The notes under the pieces are model-generated. The model searched no databases, was not told the origin of the DNA, and saw nothing but the letters and a program-made list of their open reading frames with translations. Made by a program: the position numbers and the translations under genes. From IMG/VR virus record IMGVR_UViG_3300042309_002031, positions 1 to 55,640 of that record: a stretch of 55,640 nt of DNA, one strand, 5' to 3'. This DNA comes from a virus (lineage: Duplodnaviria > Caudoviricetes). Below are positions 44,455 through 53,115 of this stretch, piece by piece; within the stretch, counting starts at the first letter, position 1; every line of letters begins with the position of its first letter.

Positions 44455-45975
44455 ATGGATTTTTCAATTTGGCTCTTTACAGAAGAACAGCAAAAATACG
44501 TCAGAACCAGAAAGGACATCAGTCCCAAGAACCCAGCAAACAGTTTTCTGGTGCTCTACGGGGCGGACAAACAAGAAAAAGATTTGATGTTTTCGTTCAA
44601 GGATGAACTGAGGAGAATGGGGTTCGGATACTACAGGCCAGCAGGAACCTACTCCATCTTCTCGGCGAAAGTTGACGACGCCATGAGAAACAAACTTTCT
44701 CAACTAGGCGTGGATTTAAGCGGATACGATAGTGGACAAGTAGTGACATCAGTCCCCAAAACAACACAACCGGAGACGCCGGCGGATCAAAATCTAGAGC
44801 AAATGCACAATGAGCTGTCCAAGGTCATTGCGGACGACCCAAAAACTCAAGAACTCATAGACAGCATAGAAAGAATGATAGAACGGATAGCCAACAGCAC
44901 CGACGAGGCGGCCAAACAGGCCTTTATTAGAAACTTTTTCCAATTTGCCGGAAAGTTCTACGACTACAGCATGCATAACCAGTTCTTGATTTGGATACAG
45001 ACCAAGGGAAGGGCCAACTACGTAGCCACAGAGAATCAGTGGACCGAAAGATTCGGAAGGGCCGTCCGAGACCATAAATCCTTCATATCCCTACTCAGGC
45101 CAAATAACACCAATGACAAAAAGAAAGAATCCGATGACAAAAAGAAAGAGCCCGCTTTGGAATTAGATTCTGATACGACAAAGAAGAAAACGGGTAGGTT
45201 GTTCTTTACGGCCTACAAAGTCTACGACGTAAGCGCGACTGTTCCCATCCCCGGCCACCCCAGCCCCTTTGAGCCCATGACCAGGAAACAGTGGAGCGTG
45301 GATTCGAACGAAGACGTGGAAGAGGTCAAGCAATACATAGCGGCCTTGAGCGACTGGGCCAAAGAAAACAATATAAACGTAGCCTACGAGGAACTTGATC
45401 CCGAACTTGGAGGCTATTCGGCGGGCGGAAAGGTTGCCATCAACAACGTTTTCAAGGGAATCAACCATTTTAGCACGTTTGTCCACGAAGTCGCCCATGA
45501 AATCCTCCACTGGAAGGACAAGGACAAAAAGAGCACCAAGATGGAGAAAGAGATAGACGCTGAAAGTACTGCCTTCATCGTACTCAGCCACTTCGGTTTC
45601 GAAACCAAAGACACGAGCAACTATCTGGCCATGTGGCGAGCGAAAGGAGACGACATCAGGGCGAGGAGGCGCAACATCCAGAAGGCATCGGAAGAAATAA
45701 TCAACGGCATAAAGAGCAAAATGACAGAGGAACAGCCTAAAGAGGAGTCAGACATAGAAGAAAACACGCAACACAACTCGGCGATCATCAAAGTCTATAG
45801 AGCGGACGGAGTGATACACGCCAACATAAACGGCGAAGAAAAGAAGTTTGAGGTTGATAAATTCTACTTCCAAGAACTGAGGGATTCCAAGAACGCATAC
45901 AAGACGCTCATGGAGCTAGTTCGCAAGGGCTACGCCAGCGAATTGACCTCTCCAAAGAGACCCGCAAACGATTAA
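44455..45975 (+). CDS. ArdC-like ssDNA-binding domain plus zincin metallopeptidase (polyvalent-protein type)
   Basis: FYDYSMHNQFLIWIQ..VAT..QW..GRAV (ArdC-N), VYDVSAT, HEVAHEILH..EIDAESTAF. Confidence 0.8.
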   Translation: MDFSIWLFTEEQQKYVRTRKDISPKNPANSFLVLYGADKQEKDLMFSFKDELRRMGFGYYRPAGTYSIFSAKVDDAMRNKLSQLGVDLSGYDSGQVVTSVPKTTQPETPADQNLEQMHNELSKVIADDPKTQELIDSIERMIERIANSTDEAAKQAFIRNFFQFAGKFYDYSMHNQFLIWIQTKGRANYVATENQWTERFGRAVRDHKSFISLLRPNNTNDKKKESDDKKKEPALELDSDTTKKKTGRLFFTAYKVYDVSATVPIPGHPSPFEPMTRKQWSVDSNEDVEEVKQYIAALSDWAKENNINVAYEELDPELGGYSAGGKVAINNVFKGINHFSTFVHEVAHEILHWKDKDKKSTKMEKEIDAESTAFIVLSHFGFETKDTSNYLAMWRAKGDDIRARRRNIQKASEEIINGIKSKMTEEQPKEESDIEENTQHNSAIIKVYRADGVIHANINGEEKKFEVDKFYFQELRDSKNAYKTLMELVRKGYASELTSPKRPAND

Positions 45976-45993
45976 CATTTTCCCGACTGGGAG

Positions 45994-46566
45994 TCATATA
46001 AACTTTGCCTTTGACACGTTCATTCTTGGAAATCGCTCAATTGGAACATCTTTTTCAAGAAACGAACAGAGAGGCTTCCATCCTTCTTTGATTGACATGA
46101 TCAATAATTTATTCTTTTGATTTGAGAAGTGTTCAATTATCGCCTTTTTTCTTTGTAGAAATTTTTGAACAAGAAATTCTTTGTCGTTTGTATGAAGACA
46201 TCCTATGTTTTGAAGTCTTGCGTAGTGAAATATAGTAAAGTTGTCTATTTTTGTTGTTTGCGAATGATCCACAGATGATAATTGGTAAATTGTTGATTTT
46301 GCCCAATCGCTTTCATCTCTGTCAAGATAGATGAATTTTGCTCTTGGATATGCTTTTTCTAATTGGTAGTAAGCGAAATTTAATAGTCCACAAACTGCGT
46401 CAAAATCTTTGAATAGATTCAAATTCATATTGTTTTGTAGCAATTTTGAAATTGTATCTTCTTCGTATTTTGCCGGGCACCCATGACAAGAATTAAATCC
46501 CAATACGGAAAGGGCTTTACATAGACTTGTCGTGCCTGTTTTGGCAGAACTTATGTCGAATATCAT
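45994..46566 (-). CDS. Sulfotransferase-family protein (Sulfotransfer_4-like)
   Basis: KTGTTSLCKALSVLGF, YPRAKFI..R...W..S, EGWKPLCSFL..FPRMN; start ATG 46566. Confidence 0.8.
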   Translation of the reverse strand: MIFDISSAKTGTTSLCKALSVLGFNSCHGCPAKYEEDTISKLLQNNMNLNLFKDFDAVCGLLNFAYYQLEKAYPRAKFIYLDRDESDWAKSTIYQLSSVDHSQTTKIDNFTIFHYARLQNIGCLHTNDKEFLVQKFLQRKKAIIEHFSNQKNKLLIMSIKEGWKPLCSFLEKDVPIERFPRMNVSKAKFI

Positions 46567-46656
46567 TCTATTAAAGTAGTTATACAAAAGCAAAGCGCGT
46601 TCGGAGGTCAATTCTTGATGAATCGCCGCTACGCAAAATCGACTTTCTTGAATAAG

Positions 46657-47289
46657 TCAAGACCTATGTTGCTTTAAGACCTCCCTATACCTTTTGTGGA
46701 GCGATTTTACATTGCTCACCCCCTTGGCCGCCTTTTTACTTATCTCCGTCGCCATATATGCTTGAATCTCGTCCTTCAAGACGCCGGAGCAGTAACCCAT
46801 ATTCTTGAGGTTTTTTTTGAACTTTTGGAGATTCGCTTTCGAGATCGATGCTGTTATTTCGTCCATCTCTACCTTGTATACTATATCAGTGTAGTATAGG
46901 GCATGACACAGTTCATGTTCGAATGTCGAGTTTTTTAATGAATCCACACCTATCAAATACTTTCTTTCCCCCGGCACAAAAAGTTCATCGACGATCTGCT
47001 TCATCTCTGTGTCGTAGGGTGTTTCTGCTTCATTCATCTGGTAGCACTTCTTCGCCACGATCAGCGGAAGATTAAAGCCGACGAAGTCCTTGACATACGA
47101 GAAACACCCGGCATTATTCTTGCTGTACCACTCGTAATAGTCCCATATGGAAAACTTCTTGTTCCTAAAATTTAAGTTGGGGCTCTCGTAAAACTCTTGA
47201 ACTCGACAGAAAAGCATGGCTCTGTCGTAGTTGTCGGGAACAACCAGTGCGATCACGTTGCCGCATATGGTTTTAACCTTGTATTTCAT
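46657..47289 (-). CDS. HExxH-containing hypothetical protein (putative zinc peptidase)
   Basis: FEHELCHALYY...DEIQAY. Confidence 0.65.
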   Translation of the reverse strand: MKYKVKTICGNVIALVVPDNYDRAMLFCRVQEFYESPNLNFRNKKFSIWDYYEWYSKNNAGCFSYVKDFVGFNLPLIVAKKCYQMNEAETPYDTEMKQIVDELFVPGERKYLIGVDSLKNSTFEHELCHALYYTDIVYKVEMDEITASISKANLQKFKKNLKNMGYCSGVLKDEIQAYMATEISKKAAKGVSNVKSLHKRYREVLKQHRS

Positions 47290-48245
47290 CTTGCTATCGG
47301 TACGGGAACGAAGTTGATGTCAAACTCCTCCCGCCTCCCGAAATTCTTGATGGGCAAAGTCTGTACATACCAAGGACCGAACAGAAGTTCTCCGAACATG
47401 GAGTTGCCGGGAAGTATCTTGTAGTGCGGCTGCTGGCCTGAAGATCCGTGACTTTCGGCGAACTTCTTGAGGAACTCTCCGACAGTAACGCTTTTGTCAT
47501 TCCTTATGGACTTAAATGTGGAAGCCAACCTAGACGCGAACGCCCCTCTCACAGACAAGTCCTCCACGCTCGACGAACTGATTATCAGTATTTCGTCATA
47601 AACCCCGGAGTCCTCACCGTAGTCTATCTGGGCGTCCATTACCTTTTTTCCTGACTGCTCTATCGGATTCAAAAATACGGAGAGGAAAGGAAGGTCATTC
47701 CTGGAATAGGCGGAAGGAAGCTCGGGCAAGAAACTAGTCGGCTTGGCCGTTTTTATATTCCTCAATAGGTCGCCGTCTTGCTTGAGGCTGTCTTGTATGC
47801 TTCCCTCGGCGTGGCATGTATCGACCAAGAATATCAAGCGGCTTATCTTTCTGTCCGCCTTCTTCAAAGCCTCTAGAGCCTTGCTGAATTTAAAACTACC
47901 GCCTTGGGCAGTCATCGCGAACCGGTCGCCGCTGCCTCCCCCGTGGCTGTTGAAATAAAGCAAGAGAGTCGCTCCATCCTCCAATCCCGAGGCAAGCTGC
48001 GTCAACTTCCCATAAATGTACGGCGAAGAAACATTGTGATGACGCTCAGATGTGAACCCCAGCGACTTGTCGGCGAATATGCTTTCCATTAGTTCCAAAT
48101 TGCGAATTCTTCCGCCCTCGTCTGTCATGGTGAACAAGGCAGCCACATTATTCATGCCCGGATTTATGGCAATCCCCGTCTTCTCTTGCGCCGTTGCTAC
48201 CACATGACACAAAAGACAAGCGATGAATGCAATCTTCTTAATCAT
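47286..48245 (-). CDS. Secreted caspase-family (C14, meta/orthocaspase-like) peptidase
   Basis: LLLYFNSHGG (catalytic His), IFLVDTCHA (catalytic Cys), GAFAS..QQP; GGAGG SD before MIKKIAFIACLLCHVVATA signal peptide. Confidence 0.75.
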   Translation of the reverse strand: MIKKIAFIACLLCHVVATAQEKTGIAINPGMNNVAALFTMTDEGGRIRNLELMESIFADKSLGFTSERHHNVSSPYIYGKLTQLASGLEDGATLLLYFNSHGGGSGDRFAMTAQGGSFKFSKALEALKKADRKISRLIFLVDTCHAEGSIQDSLKQDGDLLRNIKTAKPTSFLPELPSAYSRNDLPFLSVFLNPIEQSGKKVMDAQIDYGEDSGVYDEILIISSSSVEDLSVRGAFASRLASTFKSIRNDKSVTVGEFLKKFAESHGSSGQQPHYKILPGNSMFGELLFGPWYVQTLPIKNFGRREEFDINFVPVPIAR

Positions 48246-48396
48246 CTTCCACCTCCACAAATTCTTTCGGGGAAAGCACGACCGCTGAGTCCGCGCTTTC
48301 AAGCCACACCTCATAAGAGTCAGCATTTAGCCTTCTCAAGATATATCCGTATTCTTCTCCATCTTTGACTTTGATCTTGACCCCTTTGCTTTTCAA
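48238..48396 (-). CDS. Small hypothetical protein (52 aa, SH3-like beta pattern)
   Basis: TTGA overlap with HAD gene; MKSKGVKIKVKDGEEYGYILRRLNADSYEVWLE. Confidence 0.55.
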   Translation of the reverse strand: MKSKGVKIKVKDGEEYGYILRRLNADSYEVWLESADSAVVLSPKEFVEVEDD

Positions 48397-48818
48397 GATG
48401 CCCCCAAGTGCTTGATGACCCTCTTCGCTACCTCCCCGGTCAAACCCATGTCTGCATCCGTTTGGAAAAAATTCTTTCCAAAGCCCACGCCCGCGTCCTC
48501 GTCGTCGTCCAAGATCGCATATTTCTTGATTTTGTGCCGCCCGAGCCATTCCTTGATCTCCTCTGCCCTCTTCTTGCCCTTGATGCGAACCGTGCAATCC
48601 AGAAGCCCCATCTTCGTCTTTTCAAGTTCTTTTTCTACTATTTTCTTGCTGTGGCCGTCAATCCTCCAACTAGAACTTAAGACAATTTCCGCACCTGTCG
48701 CGTTGACCACGTGCTTCAAAAGTTCCACCATGTCTTCGTCGATATAGTCGAAACCATAATGATAAAGCAAAGTGTGGTTATTCAAAACCCCATCTATGTC
48801 CAAAAATATTACTTTCAA
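48393..48818 (-). CDS. HAD-superfamily protein (Swiss-Army-Knife RNA-repair-like HAD)
   Basis: KVIFLDIDGVLN, IVLSSSWR, RAEEIKEWL, YAILDD, GLT. Confidence 0.88.
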   Translation of the reverse strand: MKVIFLDIDGVLNNHTLLYHYGFDYIDEDMVELLKHVVNATGAEIVLSSSWRIDGHSKKIVEKELEKTKMGLLDCTVRIKGKKRAEEIKEWLGRHKIKKYAILDDDEDAGVGFGKNFFQTDADMGLTGEVAKRVIKHLGAS

Positions 48819-48910
48819 TTCAGGATCTCCATTAGAAAACACAAAATGACGATCGCAAACGCCAACAATCCCAATAACTTCAAGGGCAAAACTTTTTCTC
48901 TGTCAACCAT
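48815..48910 (-). CDS. 31-aa single-TM peptide (not in ORF track)
   Basis: MVDREKVLPLKLLGLLAFAIVILCFLMEILN*; overlaps both neighbours. Confidence 0.5.
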   Translation of the reverse strand: MVDREKVLPLKLLGLLAFAIVILCFLMEILN

Positions 48911-49352
48911 TTTTGCCCCCCAATTTTACAATAGGCGAGCAATTCACCCCGCATTTTTCGGGAGCAAGACAAGCGGTATGGATTAAGCCGAGGTGGAACC
49001 TGATTCTGTCTTTTGAAATGTCAAATCCAGTCACGGGATACTGGGAAACGATCACCTTCTCGTACTCCACTTGAACCTCCGGATCTTCACGGCCGAACAG
49101 CGAATCTGCGGATTTCAAAATTTTTAGCATCTTTCCGGCGTCGATGCTGTGGTTAATGTCATCCGCAACCCAAGCTTGAAGCACGCACTTTAGCGATTCC
49201 CTCACCGTACCGCCGCAGTCTACGAAAACCTTTGAAACCCTTGCTACCTCCGTAAGGTGAAAGTGGCCCGGTATCTTCTCGTTGTGTATCACGAAATCTA
49301 CCTTGTGCGCAAGATTTTCTTCTAAGACTCTTTTGACTGCGTTCAGATTCAT
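48903..49352 (-). CDS. DUF6428-family protein
   Basis: IPGHFHLTEV..FVDCGG..LQAWVA..VEYE..TACLAPEKCG. Confidence 0.8.
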   Translation of the reverse strand: MNLNAVKRVLEENLAHKVDFVIHNEKIPGHFHLTEVARVSKVFVDCGGTVRESLKCVLQAWVADDINHSIDAGKMLKILKSADSLFGREDPEVQVEYEKVIVSQYPVTGFDISKDRIRFHLGLIHTACLAPEKCGVNCSPIVKLGGKNG

Positions 49353-49386
49353 GTTTTTAAATTAGTAACTGGGAATATATTCAAGA

Positions 49387-49578
49387 TTATTTCAAATGGC
49401 TCTTGATATAGGATATTGTTTCCGAAGCCCCCTTCATGAAATAACTAACGCACATCATGACTATCGCAAGATAGGGAAGGCTTTGAACTAAGCGCCCAAA
49501 TGAAAGATAAGACAAGCCGATCCATCCCAAGGTCAACAAGGCCTCAAACGACAAGATAAAAACCAGCATTTTGAACAT
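49387..49578 (-). CDS. Two-TM membrane protein
   Basis: Two hydrophobic helices in 63 aa. Confidence 0.6.
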   Translation of the reverse strand: MFKMLVFILSFEALLTLGWIGLSYLSFGRLVQSLPYLAIVMMCVSYFMKGASETISYIKSHLK

Positions 49579-49579
49579 T

Positions 49580-49987
49580 TTAGATCCTTGATGAAGCCAT
49601 AATTGATTTGTCTATATCCTCTAATGTCGCCTTAGCCGCCCTTCTCTCGCTCTCTTTTGAATTGAACTGGCCTCCATCCGGATCCTTGATTATGCGTTCC
49701 GCGAGTTCCTTGAGATTTGCCAACTCTTCGTTGGAGGCATTAACAAAGACAAAATCTACGTTATCTCCTCTGCGATTTAGAAGCGCCCCCGCCAATTCGT
49801 ATCTTGGCGTGATGTATCTCTTGAACACATTGTACGTAGCGTACGAAAGCCTTATGCGAATGATATTGAACCCGCTTTCATTGGGCTTGACCTTGGAGTA
49901 CGACCTTAAAGAGTCGACTTGTTTCTGTATTGAATCCATGGCGTAGGGGTTAACCGCTATTTCCATGAACTTTCCGAATGTAATCAT
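49580..49987 (-). CDS. Hypothetical protein with CTS-like N-terminus (start moved to ATG 49987)
   Basis: MITFGKFME; TATATA (49993-49998) 5 nt before ATG. Confidence 0.65.
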   Translation of the reverse strand: MITFGKFMEIAVNPYAMDSIQKQVDSLRSYSKVKPNESGFNIIRIRLSYATYNVFKRYITPRYELAGALLNRRGDNVDFVFVNASNEELANLKELAERIIKDPDGGQFNSKESERRAAKATLEDIDKSIMASSRI

Positions 49988-50054
49988 GCTTTTATATACG
50001 GTTTCAAATTGATTCCCTTCGAGGATAGATACAAAGCCCAAACAGGAGGTCAAT

Positions 50055-50150
50055 ATGTGCAAGTGTAAGTGTCTTCCGTGCGTCAAGGGAAAGTGCGAAA
50101 AATGCAGATGCAAAGACTGCAAATGCGAAGGTTGTTCCTGCAAGAAGTGA
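50055..50150 (+). CDS. Metallothionein-like Cys-rich peptide (31 aa, 11 Cys; not in ORF track)
   Basis: AGGAGGT SD; MCKCKCLPCVKGKCEKCRCKDCKCEGCSCKK*; GTGA overlap with next gene. Confidence 0.75.
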   Translation: MCKCKCLPCVKGKCEKCRCKDCKCEGCSCKK

Positions 50151-50836
50151 TCCCCAAGATCTGGCTAGCAGTCCTTACAATATCTATATGTCAAAACCTC
50201 CACGCAGAGGACATAGACATGCTTATATCGGCACTCGGAAGTAGTTCCTATGCCGAAAGGGAAGATTCTGCCAAAAAAATAAGAAAGGCCGGGCATGAGG
50301 CAGTCGCCCATCTTGAGAAGCACTTTGAAGACTGCGACTTAGAGATCGCCTTGAAGTCCAGAGAGCTTTACGAGGAATATTTACATATCGAGGATGTGGA
50401 GATGCCCTCCATATGGTTCCTTGACAACGAGCACAGGTTTCCGGAAGGATACGAGATAACCTATGCTCCTAACTTCAGCGTGTGTTCAATAAAATCTAAA
50501 ATGGATGTGGCGGAACATTTTTACTGCGATGTCAAGCGGCCGAAGCTTGAAACCTTCGCTGACCACTGTAACGAGTTGTATCTCAATCTATTCGATACGT
50601 TCTGGCGGGATCCCAAGGCAAGCTCCAAAGCGATGAGGAACTATGTGAGGAGCGAGTTGAAGCGCGGAAAAAGCAAGGAAGAAGTCAAATCCATGCTAAA
50701 GAAGGCCTCCGACAATATGAATTCACAAGAACTTATGTACCAGACATCCGACATAAACAGCAACAGCTGGGACTACTGGAGGCTCCCACCTGGGGTGATG
50801 GTTTTTAAGGAAGAGTTTGTGTTTCCTTCCCGCTAG
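50147..50836 (+). CDS. Secreted protein with HEAT-like repeat (start moved to GTG 50147)
   Basis: Signal peptide ending NLHA, then LISALGSSSYAEREDSAKKI..AVAHLE..DLEI. Confidence 0.65.
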   Translation: MIPKIWLAVLTISICQNLHAEDIDMLISALGSSSYAEREDSAKKIRKAGHEAVAHLEKHFEDCDLEIALKSRELYEEYLHIEDVEMPSIWFLDNEHRFPEGYEITYAPNFSVCSIKSKMDVAEHFYCDVKRPKLETFADHCNELYLNLFDTFWRDPKASSKAMRNYVRSELKRGKSKEEVKSMLKKASDNMNSQELMYQTSDINSNSWDYWRLPPGVMVFKEEFVFPSR

Positions 50837-51573
50837 GACCTAAGATAAGCCAGAAGATCCGAACATCCGTCCAGCCCCTTGTATTTTTTCTGATCCGGCG
50901 TCATGACATCTATCACATCCGCAAGGGCCCTCTTGTCCAAGTCTTCCTCCCGAATCAAGTACTGCCGCAGAATGAATAGGCAAAAGTTTTGTTGGGGAAA
51001 TCCAACAGTGACTTGTCGCTCCACCTTGACAAGAACTTTAGGTTCGTTTTTGTTGAACTTGCTGTACGGCAGCCTCGGATGGAAGTTGTAACGTTCGTCA
51101 TGGACGACGCTCCATACAAACCTCTCAAAAATGCCCGCATTAACCATTGCGTGAACCAACTTCTGGCTGTTTTTGAGGTTCATGGGTACGGGCTGGTGTA
51201 TCTGATTAAAGGATGTGCCTATCTTGTCCTCAGGTCGCCAGTGGCTCGCGAAACATATATGGGCGCTACTAAGCCAGTCCCTTTCTCCTTCAATTCTGTG
51301 GATGAGAAAATCCTCCTCAGTCTCCCTCGCTATTTCTAAGTAATCTTTACCCTTCAGAGGCCTCGGATAATGCTCTAGTATCCATTTTTCGCACGCCTCG
51401 TAGATCGCCGGGTCGTTCTCGTGCTCCATGAAGTAGTTCTGGTTCAGAAGGGCCTCGGCCTTTTCGGCCCGTATCGCTTCCAAATCCGATTCGTCTTTTT
51501 CAAAGACATCAACCGGATCCAATTTTTTCAAGTTGGGCAAGGTGCTATATCCCGCCTTATAGACATGATACAT
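50833..51573 (-). CDS. Heme-dependent oxidative N-demethylase alpha-like protein (DUF3445)
   Basis: EDF..LSSAHICFASHW..KIG..IHQPVP..RFVWS..VERQ..LFILR. Confidence 0.75.
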   Translation of the reverse strand: MYHVYKAGYSTLPNLKKLDPVDVFEKDESDLEAIRAEKAEALLNQNYFMEHENDPAIYEACEKWILEHYPRPLKGKDYLEIARETEEDFLIHRIEGERDWLSSAHICFASHWRPEDKIGTSFNQIHQPVPMNLKNSQKLVHAMVNAGIFERFVWSVVHDERYNFHPRLPYSKFNKNEPKVLVKVERQVTVGFPQQNFCLFILRQYLIREEDLDKRALADVIDVMTPDQKKYKGLDGCSDLLAYLRS

Positions 51574-51590
51574 TTTTAATTTCCGCTAGA

Positions 51591-51596
51591 TATATA
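51591..51596. promoter_or_regulatory. TATATA box 4 nt before ATG 51601
   Basis: In a 27-nt divergent gap; no SD. Confidence 0.5.
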
Positions 51597-51600
51597 GGTT

Positions 51601-53115
51601 ATGTTCAAAAAATGGCTTATAGATGAAGAGCAAAGACAAGAGATAAACTGGGCTATATCCAGCAACATATCTGACCTCCTACCTTTGTACCTAATAGAGT
51701 CAAAGTTGGAGAAAGAAGAGGAGGCATACAAGCCAAAGCATCCCTCTTACAGCATAATAGGCGGCGGCGACACAAACCCGAAGACCGCCATACATCCGGA
51801 GACCAAACAGACTTATCTCGGAGCCGTTCTGCATCTTGAGCCCTATATGGCTTCGGGCGAACAGACGTGCCCTTTTGCTACCGCGATATATAAGATCACC
51901 GTCAAAAACCTAGATCCGCAAACTATGCAATTGATCAAATCGACACCCGGATACGAAGAAGTTTATGGAAATCATGTCTTCTACGGTTTCGAACTCAGGT
52001 CCAAGGATAAGGACTCGGGATGGGGAAAGGTCTCCGATACACTCCTACCGAAAGACAGACAAGCTCAATGCCCCTTGAGGATGAAGATAAGGCTCCCCGG
52101 ATCAAACCTAAGAGACTGGACGACCGGCCAAACAATACAACTAAGCAGAAGCGACATAGTGCACTCTGATCTCGTGGGAGGTTGCGCCAACGCGTGCCTC
52201 CACACCAGCGGTAATCCGGCACAAGCAAGCGGCAAACTCACTTCTAGGAGAAGGAAGACCTTGGAATTGAAAAATGACTCCGAGGGCTTCATGAATAAGG
52301 TCCTGCTAGATGTTTTTAGATTATCCCAATCGGCTGAGAAACAAGGCCACAAACCCGTCATCAGACTCAACGCCACAAGCGATGAGGCTTGGGAAAGGGA
52401 TTACAAGTTCCCCGAAGATCCAGCGAAGACGGAGAGCATGATAAGGACTCAATGGCCTAAGAAGTTAAGGGGCGAACTGGCCGCTCACATCCGTAAAATG
52501 ATCAACTTCCAATCTAATAGGTTTGAAGACGCAATTCCAGAAATCGCCAAATATGTAAGTGGAAAGACACTGATGGAGGTTTTTCCCGAAGTCCAATACT
52601 ATGACTACACGAAGAACCCTTCTAGAATGGTACAGTACATAAGGTCTAGAAACGGAAGAACAGGAAATTGGCCCAAGAATTACCATCTCACTTTCAGCTT
52701 AGCCGAAGATAACAGAGAAATTGCAAAGAAAATACTTGCGGACGGCGGAACTGTAGCGGCCGTATTCAACGTAGAGAAGAACCCCAGTAAAGAAGGAGAT
52801 CTTCCAAAGACGTGGGCGGGCTTCCCTGTAATAGACGCCGACAAGCACGATTACAGATTCTTGGATGCCCCGGGCCATATAGCCGGACTGCGGGCCAAAG
52901 GCGAAGCAAAGTTTCAAAGTACCGACTTTGGATTCGTCATACAGCCCGACGATCCCGAACTAGATCCGGAAGACCCGGCCGTAATTCAAGCCAAGAAATA
53001 CTCGGACAACTTTGAGAGAAGAATAAGCAGCGGAGAATTAAAGTCTCGCCCTGGGTCAATAAGAGGAAGAATGAGGGCCGCCGGAAAAGCGACCGGAAAC
53101 GCTGTTTACTACTAA
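51601..53115 (+). CDS. GP88-family phage protein (radical-SAM-like), with insertions
   Basis: CPFA..GCANACLHTSG, IRLNATSD, YYDYTK, NYHLTFS, VIDADKHDYRFLD, GLRAKG. Confidence 0.75.
   Translation: MFKKWLIDEEQRQEINWAISSNISDLLPLYLIESKLEKEEEAYKPKHPSYSIIGGGDTNPKTAIHPETKQTYLGAVLHLEPYMASGEQTCPFATAIYKITVKNLDPQTMQLIKSTPGYEEVYGNHVFYGFELRSKDKDSGWGKVSDTLLPKDRQAQCPLRMKIRLPGSNLRDWTTGQTIQLSRSDIVHSDLVGGCANACLHTSGNPAQASGKLTSRRRKTLELKNDSEGFMNKVLLDVFRLSQSAEKQGHKPVIRLNATSDEAWERDYKFPEDPAKTESMIRTQWPKKLRGELAAHIRKMINFQSNRFEDAIPEIAKYVSGKTLMEVFPEVQYYDYTKNPSRMVQYIRSRNGRTGNWPKNYHLTFSLAEDNREIAKKILADGGTVAAVFNVEKNPSKEGDLPKTWAGFPVIDADKHDYRFLDAPGHIAGLRAKGEAKFQSTDFGFVIQPDDPELDPEDPAVIQAKKYSDNFERRISSGELKSRPGSIRGRMRAAGKATGNAVYY

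Noticed and set aside
49988-50146. N-terminal extensions of ORFs 49580..50143 and 50069..50836 given by the track
   Set aside because: They overlap the metallothionein-like ORF in other frames; better starts are ATG 49987 and GTG 50147
51868-52200. Intein or group I intron in the GP88-like gene
   Set aside because: No N-terminal Cys/Ser block, HN-C/S/T terminus or LAGLIDADG motif; frame stays open
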